Below are positions 7,890 through 17,504 of a DNA stretch of 35,849 nucleotides, piece after piece. This DNA comes from an uncultured Muribaculaceae bacterium (lineage in GTDB: Bacteria > Pseudomonadota > Alphaproteobacteria > Rs-D84). The notes beneath the pieces are model-generated. The model did no database searches, was not told the origin of the DNA, and was given only the letters and a program-made list of their open reading frames with translations. Position numbers and translations under genes: made by a program. Location: positions 18,990 through 54,838 of the forward strand of contig CAYJAG010000001.1 of NCBI GenBank assembly GCA_964368385.1, in the 5' to 3' direction. Each line of letters opens with the position of its first letter. The stretch's first letter is position 1.

Positions 7890-9008
7890 ATGGAATTCTC
7901 AGTTTTTCGCCAAGTTTTAATAAAGGCGCTCGGTCACATGCAGTCAATCGTTGAAAAGCGCGCGACCTTGCCTATCTTGATGAACGTCAAGCTCGAGGTT
8001 GGCGATGACCTGGTTTTAAGTGCGACCAATGTTGATTTGGAATTAATCGAACGCGTGCCGGCCGACATTACTTTGGCTGGTAAAATAACCGTGCCGGTCC
8101 AAATGATTTACGACATCGCACGGAAATTGCCAGAAGATGCTGAAATAAAATTCAAGCAGTCTGGTGATCAGCTGGTTGTATCCAGTGGCCGCGCGATTTT
8201 CAGATTACCAACATTGCCAGCGGAAAATTTCCCAATGATGGCGAATGCGAATCTGACAACAAAGTTCCAGATGACCACTGGCGATTTGGCGCATCTTATC
8301 AATCAGACAAAGTTTGCAATTCCAACTGACGATGTGCGTTATCATCTGGGCGGTATTTATTTTCATATCACCGATGACGGCAAGAAAAAAATGCTGGCTG
8401 CGGTTGCGACAGACTCGCAAAGATTAGCACTTTGCAGTATTGCTGCGCCCGAAGGCAGCGCGGAAATGCCCGCGGTTATTTTGCCACGCCGCGTGATTGG
8501 CGAGTTGTCAAAACTTTTGGAAGACGCATCTGTCGATGATGTTGTTGTAGAATTGTCAGACACCAAGGCGCGCTTCAGCGTGGGCGCTGCAACATTGACC
8601 AGCAAGCTGGTTGACGCTCAGTATCCGAACTATCGTGTTGTGATTCCAAAGGGAAATGACAAAATCGCAACTATCGACAGAAAGCAATTTATCGCTGCGG
8701 TTGATTTGGTATCAATCGCCAGCCAGGATAAAACCAAATCTGTTCATATGGAATTTTTGATGAACAGATTGATTATCAACGCGTCCAGTCCGGATGCTGG
8801 AACGGCGACCCAGGAAATAGACATTGAATATAATGGCGATGAAACTTTTGCGATTGCGTTCAATGTAAAATTCTTGCTGGACATCGCAAATCAAATCGAA
8901 GGCGACAAGTTCCAAATAGAAATGCAGGATCCGTTAAGTCCCACGATTATGAAGTCCAAGGACAAAAAATCGGACGCTTTATTCATACTAATGCCGATAA
9001 GGATATAA
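7890..9008 (+). CDS. dnaN: DNA polymerase III beta sliding clamp
   Basis: TLPILMNV, ATNVDLE, VATDSQRLA, KLVDAQYPNY and C-terminal LMPIRI; 372 aa. Confidence 0.97.
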   Translation: MEFSVFRQVLIKALGHMQSIVEKRATLPILMNVKLEVGDDLVLSATNVDLELIERVPADITLAGKITVPVQMIYDIARKLPEDAEIKFKQSGDQLVVSSGRAIFRLPTLPAENFPMMANANLTTKFQMTTGDLAHLINQTKFAIPTDDVRYHLGGIYFHITDDGKKKMLAAVATDSQRLALCSIAAPEGSAEMPAVILPRRVIGELSKLLEDASVDDVVVELSDTKARFSVGAATLTSKLVDAQYPNYRVVIPKGNDKIATIDRKQFIAAVDLVSIASQDKTKSVHMEFLMNRLIINASSPDAGTATQEIDIEYNGDETFAIAFNVKFLLDIANQIEGDKFQIEMQDPLSPTIMKSKDKKSDALFILMPIRI

Positions 9009-9038
9009 AAAAATCCCCGCGCATCCGCGCGGGTTTTT
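9007..9038 (+). terminator. Intrinsic terminator after dnaN
   Basis: CCCGCGC-ATCC-GCGCGGG followed by TTTTT. Confidence 0.75.
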
Positions 9039-9065
9039 AAAGTAAAAAATTATGGAGTTTTTTTA

Positions 9066-9596
9066 ATGAGCATAGAACATATCAAGCCGGGTGAAAATCC
9101 ACCAAAGAGGATGACCGCAGTAATAGAAGTGCCCGAAGGCGGCCGCGTAAAATATGAAATTGACAAGTCAACTGGTCTGTTACGAGTGGACAGAATTTTG
9201 CATACTCCATTAAGTTATCCTGCGGACTATGGTTATTTTTCAGGAACATTGGGTGATGACGGCGATCCTTTGGATTGCGTAGTAGTATCTAATGCTGCGC
9301 TGGAACCCGGTGTTTTAATTGACGTGCGCCCTATCGGTGTTTTATTGATGGAAGACCAAGCTGGCGGGGACGAGAAAATAATTTGTGTTCCATTGGATAA
9401 AATAGATCCATTTCATACGAACACTCATTTTATCGATCAACTGCCGCCTATATTAAAGGCAAAGATGGAATACTTTTTTTCACATTACAAAGATTTAGAG
9501 CCTAACAAGTGGTCAAAGATAATTGGCTGGGGCGATCGTGAAACGGCTGACAGACTTATAATGGAAAGTATTGAAAGATATACGAAAGCGAAATAG
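9066..9596 (+). CDS. ppa: Soluble inorganic pyrophosphatase (family I)
   Basis: KYEIDK, YPADYGY, DGDPLD, DEKI and FFSHYKDLE motifs. Confidence 0.97.
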   Translation: MSIEHIKPGENPPKRMTAVIEVPEGGRVKYEIDKSTGLLRVDRILHTPLSYPADYGYFSGTLGDDGDPLDCVVVSNAALEPGVLIDVRPIGVLLMEDQAGGDEKIICVPLDKIDPFHTNTHFIDQLPPILKAKMEYFFSHYKDLEPNKWSKIIGWGDRETADRLIMESIERYTKAK

Positions 9597-9657
9597 AAAA
9601 CTCGGTGCAAATTTCGCGCCGCACAATGAACGCCACCGACAAGGCCAGAACAGTGGT

Positions 9658-9692
9658 AAAAAAATGGGACGCATATTTGCGCCCTTTTTTTT
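9658..9692. terminator. Bidirectional terminator between ppa and the convergent gene
   Basis: A7-T-GGG(A)CGCA-TATT-TGCGCCC-T8. Confidence 0.65.
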
Positions 9693-9731
9693 GTGGCAAT
9701 TTTTTTGAGGGGGAACCGAACTCCGGCGGAA

Positions 9732-10943
9732 TTACCAAGCCAAGCTTTTTGTGGTCTTGGATTTTTTATCAATCTGCTGGGTCAATGACTGAAAAGTATC
9801 GTTGGAAATAACCCGCAAAATCAAAGATTCATCAGATCTGTCCGCCAACACTGGCACAATTTTTTGATCCGACACACCAGTATCACGCAAGACCTGTTCT
9901 ATAATCGCTAATCTTTTCGCCGCCAATTTACGTCCGTCAAAGCTGCGTGTTGCGTGTTCTGGAATTGAAACCTGAATTGCGCGCTTTGGATTACTGACCA
10001 CTATTCCAGCATATTCTGACAATAACATATAGTTATCACGCGACAGCGCCGAATCAGAATCTTGAAAGCTGATTTTGATTTCCAATGGACGAATGTCGCT
10101 GCGCTCGGACAAATCGGGTACTGAATCAAAACCTTGGATTGCAGTGTCCGGATTTTCATCGCTGGCAGTATCAAACTTTTCATCCACGCGATACGCCGAC
10201 AAATGCTTATTCTCGGAAACATAAGTTTTCTTGAATGCGCGTTTTAATTGCATTGGTGATAATTTAGTCAGCGGCATATCATCTGGATTTTTATATGCAA
10301 ACTCTTCTTCAACCATGGGTGAAGCCTTGGTCGAGCGCACAGATGCAACAGCCGCACGCGGCGCAGCATCGTCCATGGAAACAACCAATTTTCGCGTTTT
10401 TGATTCCATTGACTGCGGTGTCAGTGCCTTGTCCGCTATGCGTTGTAATTCCGCAATCCTGCCGGCATCATAGGCTTTGGCCACCGCGTCATCATCAATA
10501 GATTTTTCTGTAATTTTTTCAACCGCTTTTCTGGGGGCGCGAATAGCCACCGGCATACGCAAAGCAATTTTATCTGTCTGGGAATTTTTGAAATCTAAAC
10601 TTTCTTCGGGCAAGGAAACTTTTTCGTCCAGCATCGCAAATTCATCATTGCGCGGCATGCGCAGTGGCGCGTCTTTCGGCTGGGCCCACAGATTTTCATT
10701 TGGACGACGTGGTGACAAAACATCGCCCACAGAAATTGATTTGGATGTTTTTGGCGCATCGGCTTGCGCGATTATTTCCGGTGTTTTTTGCGCAGTAAAA
10801 TTTTGGGCGACCGGCACTTCGCCATACATTGCCCGCGCAGAAACAGATCGCGAAACATTTACCGACGGCAAAGCCGCCCCAGCAAACGCGGAACCCGCGA
10901 AAATCAAAGAAAACATCGGCAAAATAGAAATTCTCGGCCGCAT
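9732..10943 (-). CDS. Secreted hypothetical protein with C-terminal OmpA-like (peptidoglycan-binding type) domain
   Basis: Signal peptide (AGSAFAG), long charged low-complexity middle, C-terminal ISFQDSDSALS...RKLAAKRLAIIEQVLRDTGVSDQKI resembling an OmpA_C fold; SD AAGGAAGG. Confidence 0.6.
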   Translation of the reverse strand: MRPRISILPMFSLIFAGSAFAGAALPSVNVSRSVSARAMYGEVPVAQNFTAQKTPEIIAQADAPKTSKSISVGDVLSPRRPNENLWAQPKDAPLRMPRNDEFAMLDEKVSLPEESLDFKNSQTDKIALRMPVAIRAPRKAVEKITEKSIDDDAVAKAYDAGRIAELQRIADKALTPQSMESKTRKLVVSMDDAAPRAAVASVRSTKASPMVEEEFAYKNPDDMPLTKLSPMQLKRAFKKTYVSENKHLSAYRVDEKFDTASDENPDTAIQGFDSVPDLSERSDIRPLEIKISFQDSDSALSRDNYMLLSEYAGIVVSNPKRAIQVSIPEHATRSFDGRKLAAKRLAIIEQVLRDTGVSDQKIVPVLADRSDESLILRVISNDTFQSLTQQIDKKSKTTKSLAW

Positions 10944-11030
10944 AAACGTCCTTCCTTAGTTCTATCTTAGAACAAATCGCAAATGCGGAGCAAGTGAAAA
11001 ATCGCATCTTTGAACTGGATTTTATTGTAA

Positions 11031-13082
11031 TTATTTCTGACTGACAAATTGCTTGGCGACTTTTTTAATTCCCTTGTTCTTGAATGCTATTGTTAAAATG
11101 TCGCCATCTTGTTCTATCACAACGCCGCTGCCCAATTCTGTATGATTGACCAACTTTCCAACACAGCTATCCGATTTAATATATGATGGTAAAGATTTTT
11201 TTATTTTATCTTCTTTATAACTTGCTGCCGGTTTGCTCTGTGGAAATTCGACAAAGTCGGTTGCGATTTCGTTTATAAAACGACTGGACGGATTGTATTC
11301 TCTTTTTCCAAAAATTAATCGCGACATAGCGTTCGTAATAACCAACCTACGTCGCGCCCGCGTTATTGCGACATAGGCCAACCGGCGCTCTTCTTCCATG
11401 TCGTCAGATTTTTGTTGGTTGGGGAAAATTCCTTCTTCCCATGCAGGCAGAAACACATTGTCAAATTCCAATCCTTTGGCCGCATGAATAGTCATTATCG
11501 AAACGGCGTCCGATTGCTCGACAGGTTTATCACTTATTGCATCGTCCGCAACCATCAGACTTGCATTTTCCAAAAACTCATCCAGCGAATCGTATTTTAC
11601 GATTGTGCTGTTTATCAATTCGTAAATGTTTTTAATTCGGTCTGTCGCGTTATCATCCTTGGACTCTTGCCACATTTTCAAGTATCCGGAATCCTCAATC
11701 AGCTTTAATGCTGCATCTGCGGGGGTCATTGATTTCCAGTCAAAATCAAAAGCATTAATAAAATCGTCCGCGCCTGCCCTTTGTTTTGGTTTTAATTTAA
11801 TTTCACGCAGCGATTCGAATAACGGCTGCCCGGTTTGCCCCGATTGTAATTTCAGCTGGGCCACAACAATATCGCCCAAGCCGCGACGCGGGCGCCCCAA
11901 TACACGCAACAAAGATAAATCATCAAACCTGTAAACCAGCAATCGCAGGTATGCAATAGTGTCTTGGATTTCTTGGCGGTCATAGAACTTTTGTGCGCCT
12001 ATCAATTTATATGGAATTTGTCGCGCTATAAATTCGTCTTCAAATTTTTTAGACAGCGAGCCATTACGAATCAATATGGCAAAGTCAGATTTTTTTGCGT
12101 CCTTGTCATTTTCAATCGCATTAGCAATTACATTGGCTTCTTCGAAATCAGAGTAAAATGTTACGACCTGAACCTTTTGACCATCGCCCAATCCAGACCA
12201 TAAATCTTTGCCCAACCGACCCATATTTTTTTTAATCAACGAATTTGCGGCGCTCAGTATATGCGATGTGCTGCGGTAATTTTGCGTCAGACGGAAAATT
12301 TTTGCATCGGTAAAATCCTTTTCGAAATTCAGAATGTTTCGTATCTGCGCCCCACGCCAAGAATAAATACTTTGATCATCATCGCCCACGCAGCATATAT
12401 TTTTGTGCATTGCCGAAAGCAGTCTTAATAAAGTATATTGCGGCGCATTTGTATCCTGGAATTCATCAACAAGTATGTATTTGAATAAATTCTGGTAATA
12501 CTGCAAAATAGCTGGGTTTTCTATCAACAGATTATTGGTATGATTTATAATGTCTGCAAAATCAACTGCGTTCAGTCGCGCCAGCTCGTCATTATATGCC
12601 GAAATAATTGTATCAAATTTTTCATCTTTTTCTTTCTTGCCCGTATCTTTATAAAAAGAAATTTTATCAACCCATGCGCCAGGATCATAATTTGTTGAAT
12701 CCAGACCAAGATTTGCAAATACCGATTTTAATACTTTTTTCTGCTCGTCCTCGCCAAAGACCAAAAAGTCCGACCGCATTTGCATGGCCTTTTTTTCGCG
12801 GCGCAAAATTTTCAAGCAAATGGAATGAAAAGTTCCGCACCAGTATAAATTTTCACCCTTGGCTTTCATTATTCTGCTTTTCATCTCGTTGGCAGATTTA
12901 TTTGTAAAAGTCACCGCCAGAATTTCATAGGGACGCGCCGGAATAAGAACAGAAATAAGCGCGACAAGTGCCGTAGTTTTACCGGTGCCAGCGCCCGCCA
13001 AAATCAACACTGGCCCGCCGGCCGCTGCGGCTTCGACTGCTTTACGTTGCTCTATATTAAGATTTTCTAGCATTGGATTCAT
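11031..13082 (-). CDS. uvrD: SF1A DNA helicase, UvrD/PcrA family
   Basis: AGAGTGKT, TFTNKSANEM, DEFQD, GDDDQSIY, QNYRST, TIHAAKGLEF, EEERRLAYVAITRA and a Tudor-like C-terminus; start uncertain (13103, 13082 or 13073). Confidence 0.93.
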   Translation of the reverse strand: MNPMLENLNIEQRKAVEAAAAGGPVLILAGAGTGKTTALVALISVLIPARPYEILAVTFTNKSANEMKSRIMKAKGENLYWCGTFHSICLKILRREKKAMQMRSDFLVFGEDEQKKVLKSVFANLGLDSTNYDPGAWVDKISFYKDTGKKEKDEKFDTIISAYNDELARLNAVDFADIINHTNNLLIENPAILQYYQNLFKYILVDEFQDTNAPQYTLLRLLSAMHKNICCVGDDDQSIYSWRGAQIRNILNFEKDFTDAKIFRLTQNYRSTSHILSAANSLIKKNMGRLGKDLWSGLGDGQKVQVVTFYSDFEEANVIANAIENDKDAKKSDFAILIRNGSLSKKFEDEFIARQIPYKLIGAQKFYDRQEIQDTIAYLRLLVYRFDDLSLLRVLGRPRRGLGDIVVAQLKLQSGQTGQPLFESLREIKLKPKQRAGADDFINAFDFDWKSMTPADAALKLIEDSGYLKMWQESKDDNATDRIKNIYELINSTIVKYDSLDEFLENASLMVADDAISDKPVEQSDAVSIMTIHAAKGLEFDNVFLPAWEEGIFPNQQKSDDMEEERRLAYVAITRARRRLVITNAMSRLIFGKREYNPSSRFINEIATDFVEFPQSKPAASYKEDKIKKSLPSYIKSDSCVGKLVNHTELGSGVVIEQDGDILTIAFKNKGIKKVAKQFVSQK

Positions 13083-13089
13083 AACTTCG

Positions 13090-13099
13090 TTATGATACA
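13090..13099. promoter_or_regulatory. Overlapping divergent -10 elements for uvrD and dnaQ
   Basis: TTATGATACA reads TATGAT on plus and TATCAT on minus within a 32-bp intergenic gap. Confidence 0.5.
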
Positions 13100-13114
13100 C
13101 CAAAAGGTAATAAA

Positions 13115-13795
13115 ATGAATAGAATAATCTGCTTTGACATTGAAACCACAGGATTTGACTATGCGCGTGGGGACCGAGTTATTGAAATCGGCGCAATGGA
13201 ATTGCTGGACGGCAAAATCACAGGCAATTCATTGCATGAATATATCAATCCAGATGGAAAAATAATTCCACCCGAAGCCTATAAAGTTCATAAATTGTCA
13301 AATGCATTTTTGGAAGACAAACCTAAATTTGGAGCTGTTGCGAAAAAGCTTTTGGACTTTATAGGCGATTCGCCGATTGTCGCACATAATGGAATTGATT
13401 TTGACTTTCCATTTATTAACTGGGAGCTGCGTGGGCTGGGATACCAAGAAATTCCCAGGGAAAAACAAATGGACACTTTGGTCATCGCGCGGCACAAGGT
13501 TTTCGGGCCAAAAGAATATACTTTGGACGCATTGGCAAAATGGTTTGGCATTTCGTTGGCTGCACGCGCGGATTCACATGGGGCGTTGATAGATACCGAA
13601 ATTCTGGCAAAGCTTTATCTTGAATTGGAAAATGCGACACCTGTCAGAAATTTCGCAGATATAATAGCCGAGCATCACGAAGCAATGCTGAATCATCCAA
13701 AAATCGGTGCAGGTTTTCCACGCCGCCATTTTCATCCAAATGATTCCGAGCTGACCCATCATGAAAAATTTATGGAAACAATTAATAAAATTTAA
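13115..13795 (+). CDS. dnaQ: DNA polymerase III epsilon subunit (DEDDh exonuclease)
   Basis: FDIETTG, DRVIEIG, VAHN..FD and HGALIDTEIL motifs; C-terminal ELTHHEKF helix. Confidence 0.93.
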   Translation: MNRIICFDIETTGFDYARGDRVIEIGAMELLDGKITGNSLHEYINPDGKIIPPEAYKVHKLSNAFLEDKPKFGAVAKKLLDFIGDSPIVAHNGIDFDFPFINWELRGLGYQEIPREKQMDTLVIARHKVFGPKEYTLDALAKWFGISLAARADSHGALIDTEILAKLYLELENATPVRNFADIIAEHHEAMLNHPKIGAGFPRRHFHPNDSELTHHEKFMETINKI

Positions 13796-13809
13796 TCGGA
13801 AATTTTGAT

Positions 13810-13841
13810 AAAAAAAACCGCGCCATCGGCGCGGATTTTTT
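13810..13841. terminator. Bidirectional terminator
   Basis: A8-CCGCGCC-ATC-GGCGCGG-A-T6 between convergent genes. Confidence 0.8.
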
Positions 13842-13842
13842 A

Positions 13843-15090
13843 TTAAGCAGGTTGTTCGGTTGGCACTGGTTGTTCGACCGGGGCTGGTTCTGGAGCCGGC
13901 TGTTCAACTACTGGTGCTGGTTGCTCGACCGGGGCTGGTTCTGGAGCCGGCTGTTCAACTACTGGCGCTGGTTGCTCGACCGGTGCAGGTGCTGGTTCTG
14001 GCGCAGGCGCAGGCTGTTCGACTGCTGGCGCTGGTTGCTGGGCGTCCGGCGCAGGAGTTTCCGCCTGAGTTTTCAAACCCGCCAACAAATCCAAAATTCT
14101 TTTTTGAGTATCTGCATCACTCAACGCTGCAGCCAAAGTATTGGCAGCTTCCAAATCGGATTTTGCCCCTGCCATGTCTTTCATTTGAACATGCAGTGCA
14201 GCGCTTTTTTCAAAGTAAGACATTGCACGGCGTGACATGCTTATCCGCTTTGCTGCATTTTCATTATTCTTTATAGTGCCAGAAATTGTAGTTATTGCCG
14301 ACATATAATCACCCAATGCCGCGTCATAATTTCCGGTTGCAGTATAAGCGTCTGCGCGTCCTGCAAAATCTTCATCAGATGGATCGCTTGGCGATTGAGA
14401 AAGTGCGGCGCTGTAATCGGAAATCGCAGTTTCCCAATTTTTCATCCACAAATTCAGCTGGGCGCGTTTGGAATAAATGTCACGGGCAGCAAGAACTTCG
14501 TTTGGACGTTTGCCAAATACATCCAATGCAACGTTCAGATCGGCCAGTGCTTCTTCCAGATTGCTCATCTGAATTTTCAAAAGCGCGCGATCATAAAATG
14601 CCAAAGAGCTTTCTGAATCCAATTCGATTGCCTTGTCAAAATCGGCCTGGGCTGCGGCATAGTTTGCATCGGATAAATATGCTTCACCACGATAGTTGTA
14701 AGCGACTGCTGCGGTCGGATCGGTTCCTATTGCTGCGGTCATGTCGACAATCGCGCCTTTGACGTCACCACTTAACAACTTTGCCTTGCCAGATTCCAAC
14801 ATGCTGGAACCTTCTGCAGACATAGTAATTTCGCTTCCGCCACGTTTAAGTAAGAATTCATGCCCACGTCCAACTATGTAAAATGTTGCACACACAAAGG
14901 ACACTATAATAAACCAATAGATATAAATCGTAAGGCGTGGACATTTATGCACTGATTTCGCGCCAGCGATTGGTGTTGCCGTGATAGGTTTAGAAATTGG
15001 CATTGCTGGTTTGGCGACCGGTTTTTTATTTGCCAATGTAATTTTTTTGGCGGCTTTGGCCGTCGGCTTTTTTGCGGATTTTTTAGGCAT
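13843..15090 (-). CDS. Single-pass membrane TPR protein with Lys/Ala-rich N-terminus and Pro/Glu/Gln-rich repetitive C-tail
   Basis: One TM helix (IYIYWFIIVSFVCATFYIV); TPR motifs (AYNYRGEAY...DFDKAIELD, AFYDRALL); start at ATG 15090 after SD GGAGG. Confidence 0.8.
   Translation of the reverse strand: MPKKSAKKPTAKAAKKITLANKKPVAKPAMPISKPITATPIAGAKSVHKCPRLTIYIYWFIIVSFVCATFYIVGRGHEFLLKRGGSEITMSAEGSSMLESGKAKLLSGDVKGAIVDMTAAIGTDPTAAVAYNYRGEAYLSDANYAAAQADFDKAIELDSESSLAFYDRALLKIQMSNLEEALADLNVALDVFGKRPNEVLAARDIYSKRAQLNLWMKNWETAISDYSAALSQSPSDPSDEDFAGRADAYTATGNYDAALGDYMSAITTISGTIKNNENAAKRISMSRRAMSYFEKSAALHVQMKDMAGAKSDLEAANTLAAALSDADTQKRILDLLAGLKTQAETPAPDAQQPAPAVEQPAPAPEPAPAPVEQPAPVVEQPAPEPAPVEQPAPVVEQPAPEPAPVEQPVPTEQPA
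13868..14040. repeat. Coding tandem repeat with a 51-bp unit (APVVEQPAPEPAPVEQP)
   Basis: Copies at 13868-13918 and 13919-13969 differ at 2 positions; a degenerate third copy follows. Confidence 0.85.
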
Positions 15091-15255
15091 GCTTCCCTCC
15101 CTCAGGAATTCCTTTGAATACAATTTAGAAAAAAACGAAAACTAAGTCAAGAAAGAAAACAAATATAAAGCAGTAAATGATGAACTTTTTTAAGCTTATC
15201 GAAAAAATAATTTCTCAACGCACAAATAGCCACATTTACTAATTGATACTTACTA

Positions 15256-15283
15256 TTGACTAATAGCCAGTGGCTGGTATAAT
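15256..15283 (+). promoter_or_regulatory. Promoter for the PBP1A gene, probably leaderless
   Basis: TTGACT (15256-15261), 16 bp, TGn-TATAAT (15278-15283), then 7 nt to ATG 15291; no SD. Confidence 0.65.
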
Positions 15284-15290
15284 TTGCGCC

Positions 15291-17369
15291 ATGGAAAAGA
15301 TAAAATTATTCTTTAAAAAGGCATCGCGGTTTGTTTTACGCGGTTTGTTTTGGATATTACTTATTGGAATTGTATCGCTTACCTTGATGGTGCTGCGATA
15401 TGGCGCGGACCTGCCCGATTATACAAAGCTTGCGACATACGCACCACCTGTGGCGACCCGATTGTATGCATCGGACGGATCATTGCTGATTGAATATGCA
15501 CAAGAACGACGCGTATTTATTGACTATGACGACATGCCGCCGGTTTTGATAAATGCATTCGTCGCAGCCGAAGATAAAAATTTCTGGCATCATCCCGGCG
15601 TCGATGTATTGGGAATCACCCGCGCGGGCGCTAACAATATAATTCGCTTCTTTGGTGGCCCTACCCGATTTACTGGTGCATCAACTATTACTCAACAGGT
15701 TGCAAAGAATTTCTTTCTGACCAGCGACAGAACTTTTTCAAGAAAAATCCGTGAAGGAATTCTTGCACTGAAACTTGAACGCTCGTTTTCCAAAGAACAC
15801 ATAATGACGCTTTATCTAAATCAGATCTTTCTGGGCGCGCGTGCTTATGGTGTTGGCTCGGCATCACTGATGTACTTTAACAAACCGGTAAAGGATCTGA
15901 CCTTGTCCGAGGCCGCTTTTCTTGCGTCCCTGCCCAAGGCGCCTAATGATCGCGATCGCGCAGTCCAGCGGCGCGACTATGTCTTGCGCAGAATGATGGA
16001 AGAAGGATTTATTACAAAACAGGAAATGAACGCAGCCATTGCAGAGCCTTTGAATATAAACAGCGATTTTATGGCCCAGCAATCCGACGACTTTCAGTAT
16101 TTTGCCGAAGAAGTTCGTCGCGAATTGCTGAATACAATCGGGCGCGAAGAACTTTATAATGATGGACTTTATATCAAGACAACGATTGACCCAGAATTGC
16201 AACGCGCCGCTTCCAAGGCTCTGAAAACAGCACTGGATGCTTACAATGCTGGACGCGGTGGGGAAAAATTACAGGGCGCACTGATTGCAATTAATCCCCA
16301 CACGGGCCGCGTTCTGGCGATGGCGGGCGGCGCATCATTCGCACAAAGCAGCTTTAACCGCGCAACCCAAGGTTATCGTCAAATCGGATCTACTATAAAA
16401 CCATTTGTGTATTTGGCAGCATTAGAAGACGGAGACAACTGGAATCCGACTACATTAATTTTGGATGCACCGATTGTTGGCTGGAAGGAAGACGACAGCC
16501 TGTGGAAACCAGAAAATTACGACAAGAAATTCCTGGGTATGGTGCCATTGCGTTTGTCGTTAGAGCAATCGCGAAATGTACCAACCGTCCGACTGGTCGA
16601 ACAAATTGGAATCCGGAACGCAGTTTCCGCAGCGCAGCGATTCGGTGTCTATCCCGAAGACCTTAGTAATATGAACCTATCATTGGCATTGGGTTCTGGG
16701 GAAACAACACTTGAAAAATTGACACTGGGATTTGCATCATTTATTAACGGCGGACAAAGAATGGACTCAAAGCTTGTCGATTATGTAGAAGACCGATATG
16801 GACGCACATTGGGAACAGATTCGGTTAATATGCAGGATTGGCGTGATGACTTGCCACCACCAGAAAAGAAAGAAAAAGGCGACCCCCTTTCCGATCCACA
16901 AAGTTTGTATCAGGTTGTATCGATTATGCAAGGCGTTGTAGAGCGCGGAACTGGACGCTCTGCGATTGTGCCCGGGCACACCATTGCTGGCAAAACTGGC
17001 ACCACAAACGATGTCAAGGATGTTTGGTTTGTCGGATTTTCCAAGGACTTGGTGGCAGGCGTTTGGATGGGATACGACACCCCAAGACCAATGGGTGCAG
17101 GCGCAGGCAGCCACATGCCAGCGAAAGTTTTTTCTGATTTTATGACCCAGGCGCTGGCAAATGTTCCTGATCAGCCATTTTCTGTTCCGACCGGAATCGA
17201 GTTTCGGCGAATCAATCGTCAAACTGGAACTGCCGCTGGCGATGCAGATGCTGGGGCAACAATTCAAGAAGCATTCAAGCTTGGGCAAAAACCAAACGCC
17301 ACGAACAAAAGCAACCAGCAATCGTCATCCGAATACCAATCCCCGGCAGAAGTTGGCGGAGTATTCTAG
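15291..17369 (+). CDS. mrcA: Class A penicillin-binding protein 1A
   Basis: TM anchor; transglycosylase EDKNFWHHPGVD, GASTITQQ, RKIRE; transpeptidase STIK, SRN, KTG; C-terminal GGVF typical of alphaproteobacterial PBP1A. Confidence 0.93.
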   Translation: MEKIKLFFKKASRFVLRGLFWILLIGIVSLTLMVLRYGADLPDYTKLATYAPPVATRLYASDGSLLIEYAQERRVFIDYDDMPPVLINAFVAAEDKNFWHHPGVDVLGITRAGANNIIRFFGGPTRFTGASTITQQVAKNFFLTSDRTFSRKIREGILALKLERSFSKEHIMTLYLNQIFLGARAYGVGSASLMYFNKPVKDLTLSEAAFLASLPKAPNDRDRAVQRRDYVLRRMMEEGFITKQEMNAAIAEPLNINSDFMAQQSDDFQYFAEEVRRELLNTIGREELYNDGLYIKTTIDPELQRAASKALKTALDAYNAGRGGEKLQGALIAINPHTGRVLAMAGGASFAQSSFNRATQGYRQIGSTIKPFVYLAALEDGDNWNPTTLILDAPIVGWKEDDSLWKPENYDKKFLGMVPLRLSLEQSRNVPTVRLVEQIGIRNAVSAAQRFGVYPEDLSNMNLSLALGSGETTLEKLTLGFASFINGGQRMDSKLVDYVEDRYGRTLGTDSVNMQDWRDDLPPPEKKEKGDPLSDPQSLYQVVSIMQGVVERGTGRSAIVPGHTIAGKTGTTNDVKDVWFVGFSKDLVAGVWMGYDTPRPMGAGAGSHMPAKVFSDFMTQALANVPDQPFSVPTGIEFRRINRQTGTAAGDADAGATIQEAFKLGQKPNATNKSNQQSSSEYQSPAEVGGVF

Positions 17370-17389
17370 GCAAACTTGAATACAGATTT

Positions 17390-17423
17390 AAAAAAAGCAG
17401 GCGCAAATGCCTGCTTTTTTTTT
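17390..17423 (+). terminator. Intrinsic terminator after PBP1A
   Basis: A7-GCAGGC-GCAAAT-GCCTGC-T9. Confidence 0.85.
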
Positions 17424-17504
17424 ATTTGGCTTAGTGGCTTAAATTGCTAATGACTTCATTTTATTTTTATGCTATAATTACGCTGCTAATAAAGGAGAAC
17501 CCTA

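Noticed and set aside
9597-9731. Structured ncRNA in the intergenic region after ppa
   Set aside because: Several short stems exist beyond the terminator, but I recognised no tRNA, SRP, tmRNA or riboswitch motif; an Infernal/Rfam search would be needed.
13868-14040. Repeats as a CRISPR array
   Set aside because: They are in-frame coding tandem repeats with no unique spacers and no cas genes nearby.
15236-15268. Loose 7-nt periodicity (TTACTAA/TTACTAT/TGACTAA) upstream of PBP1A
   Set aside because: Too degenerate to separate from ordinary AT-rich promoter sequence.
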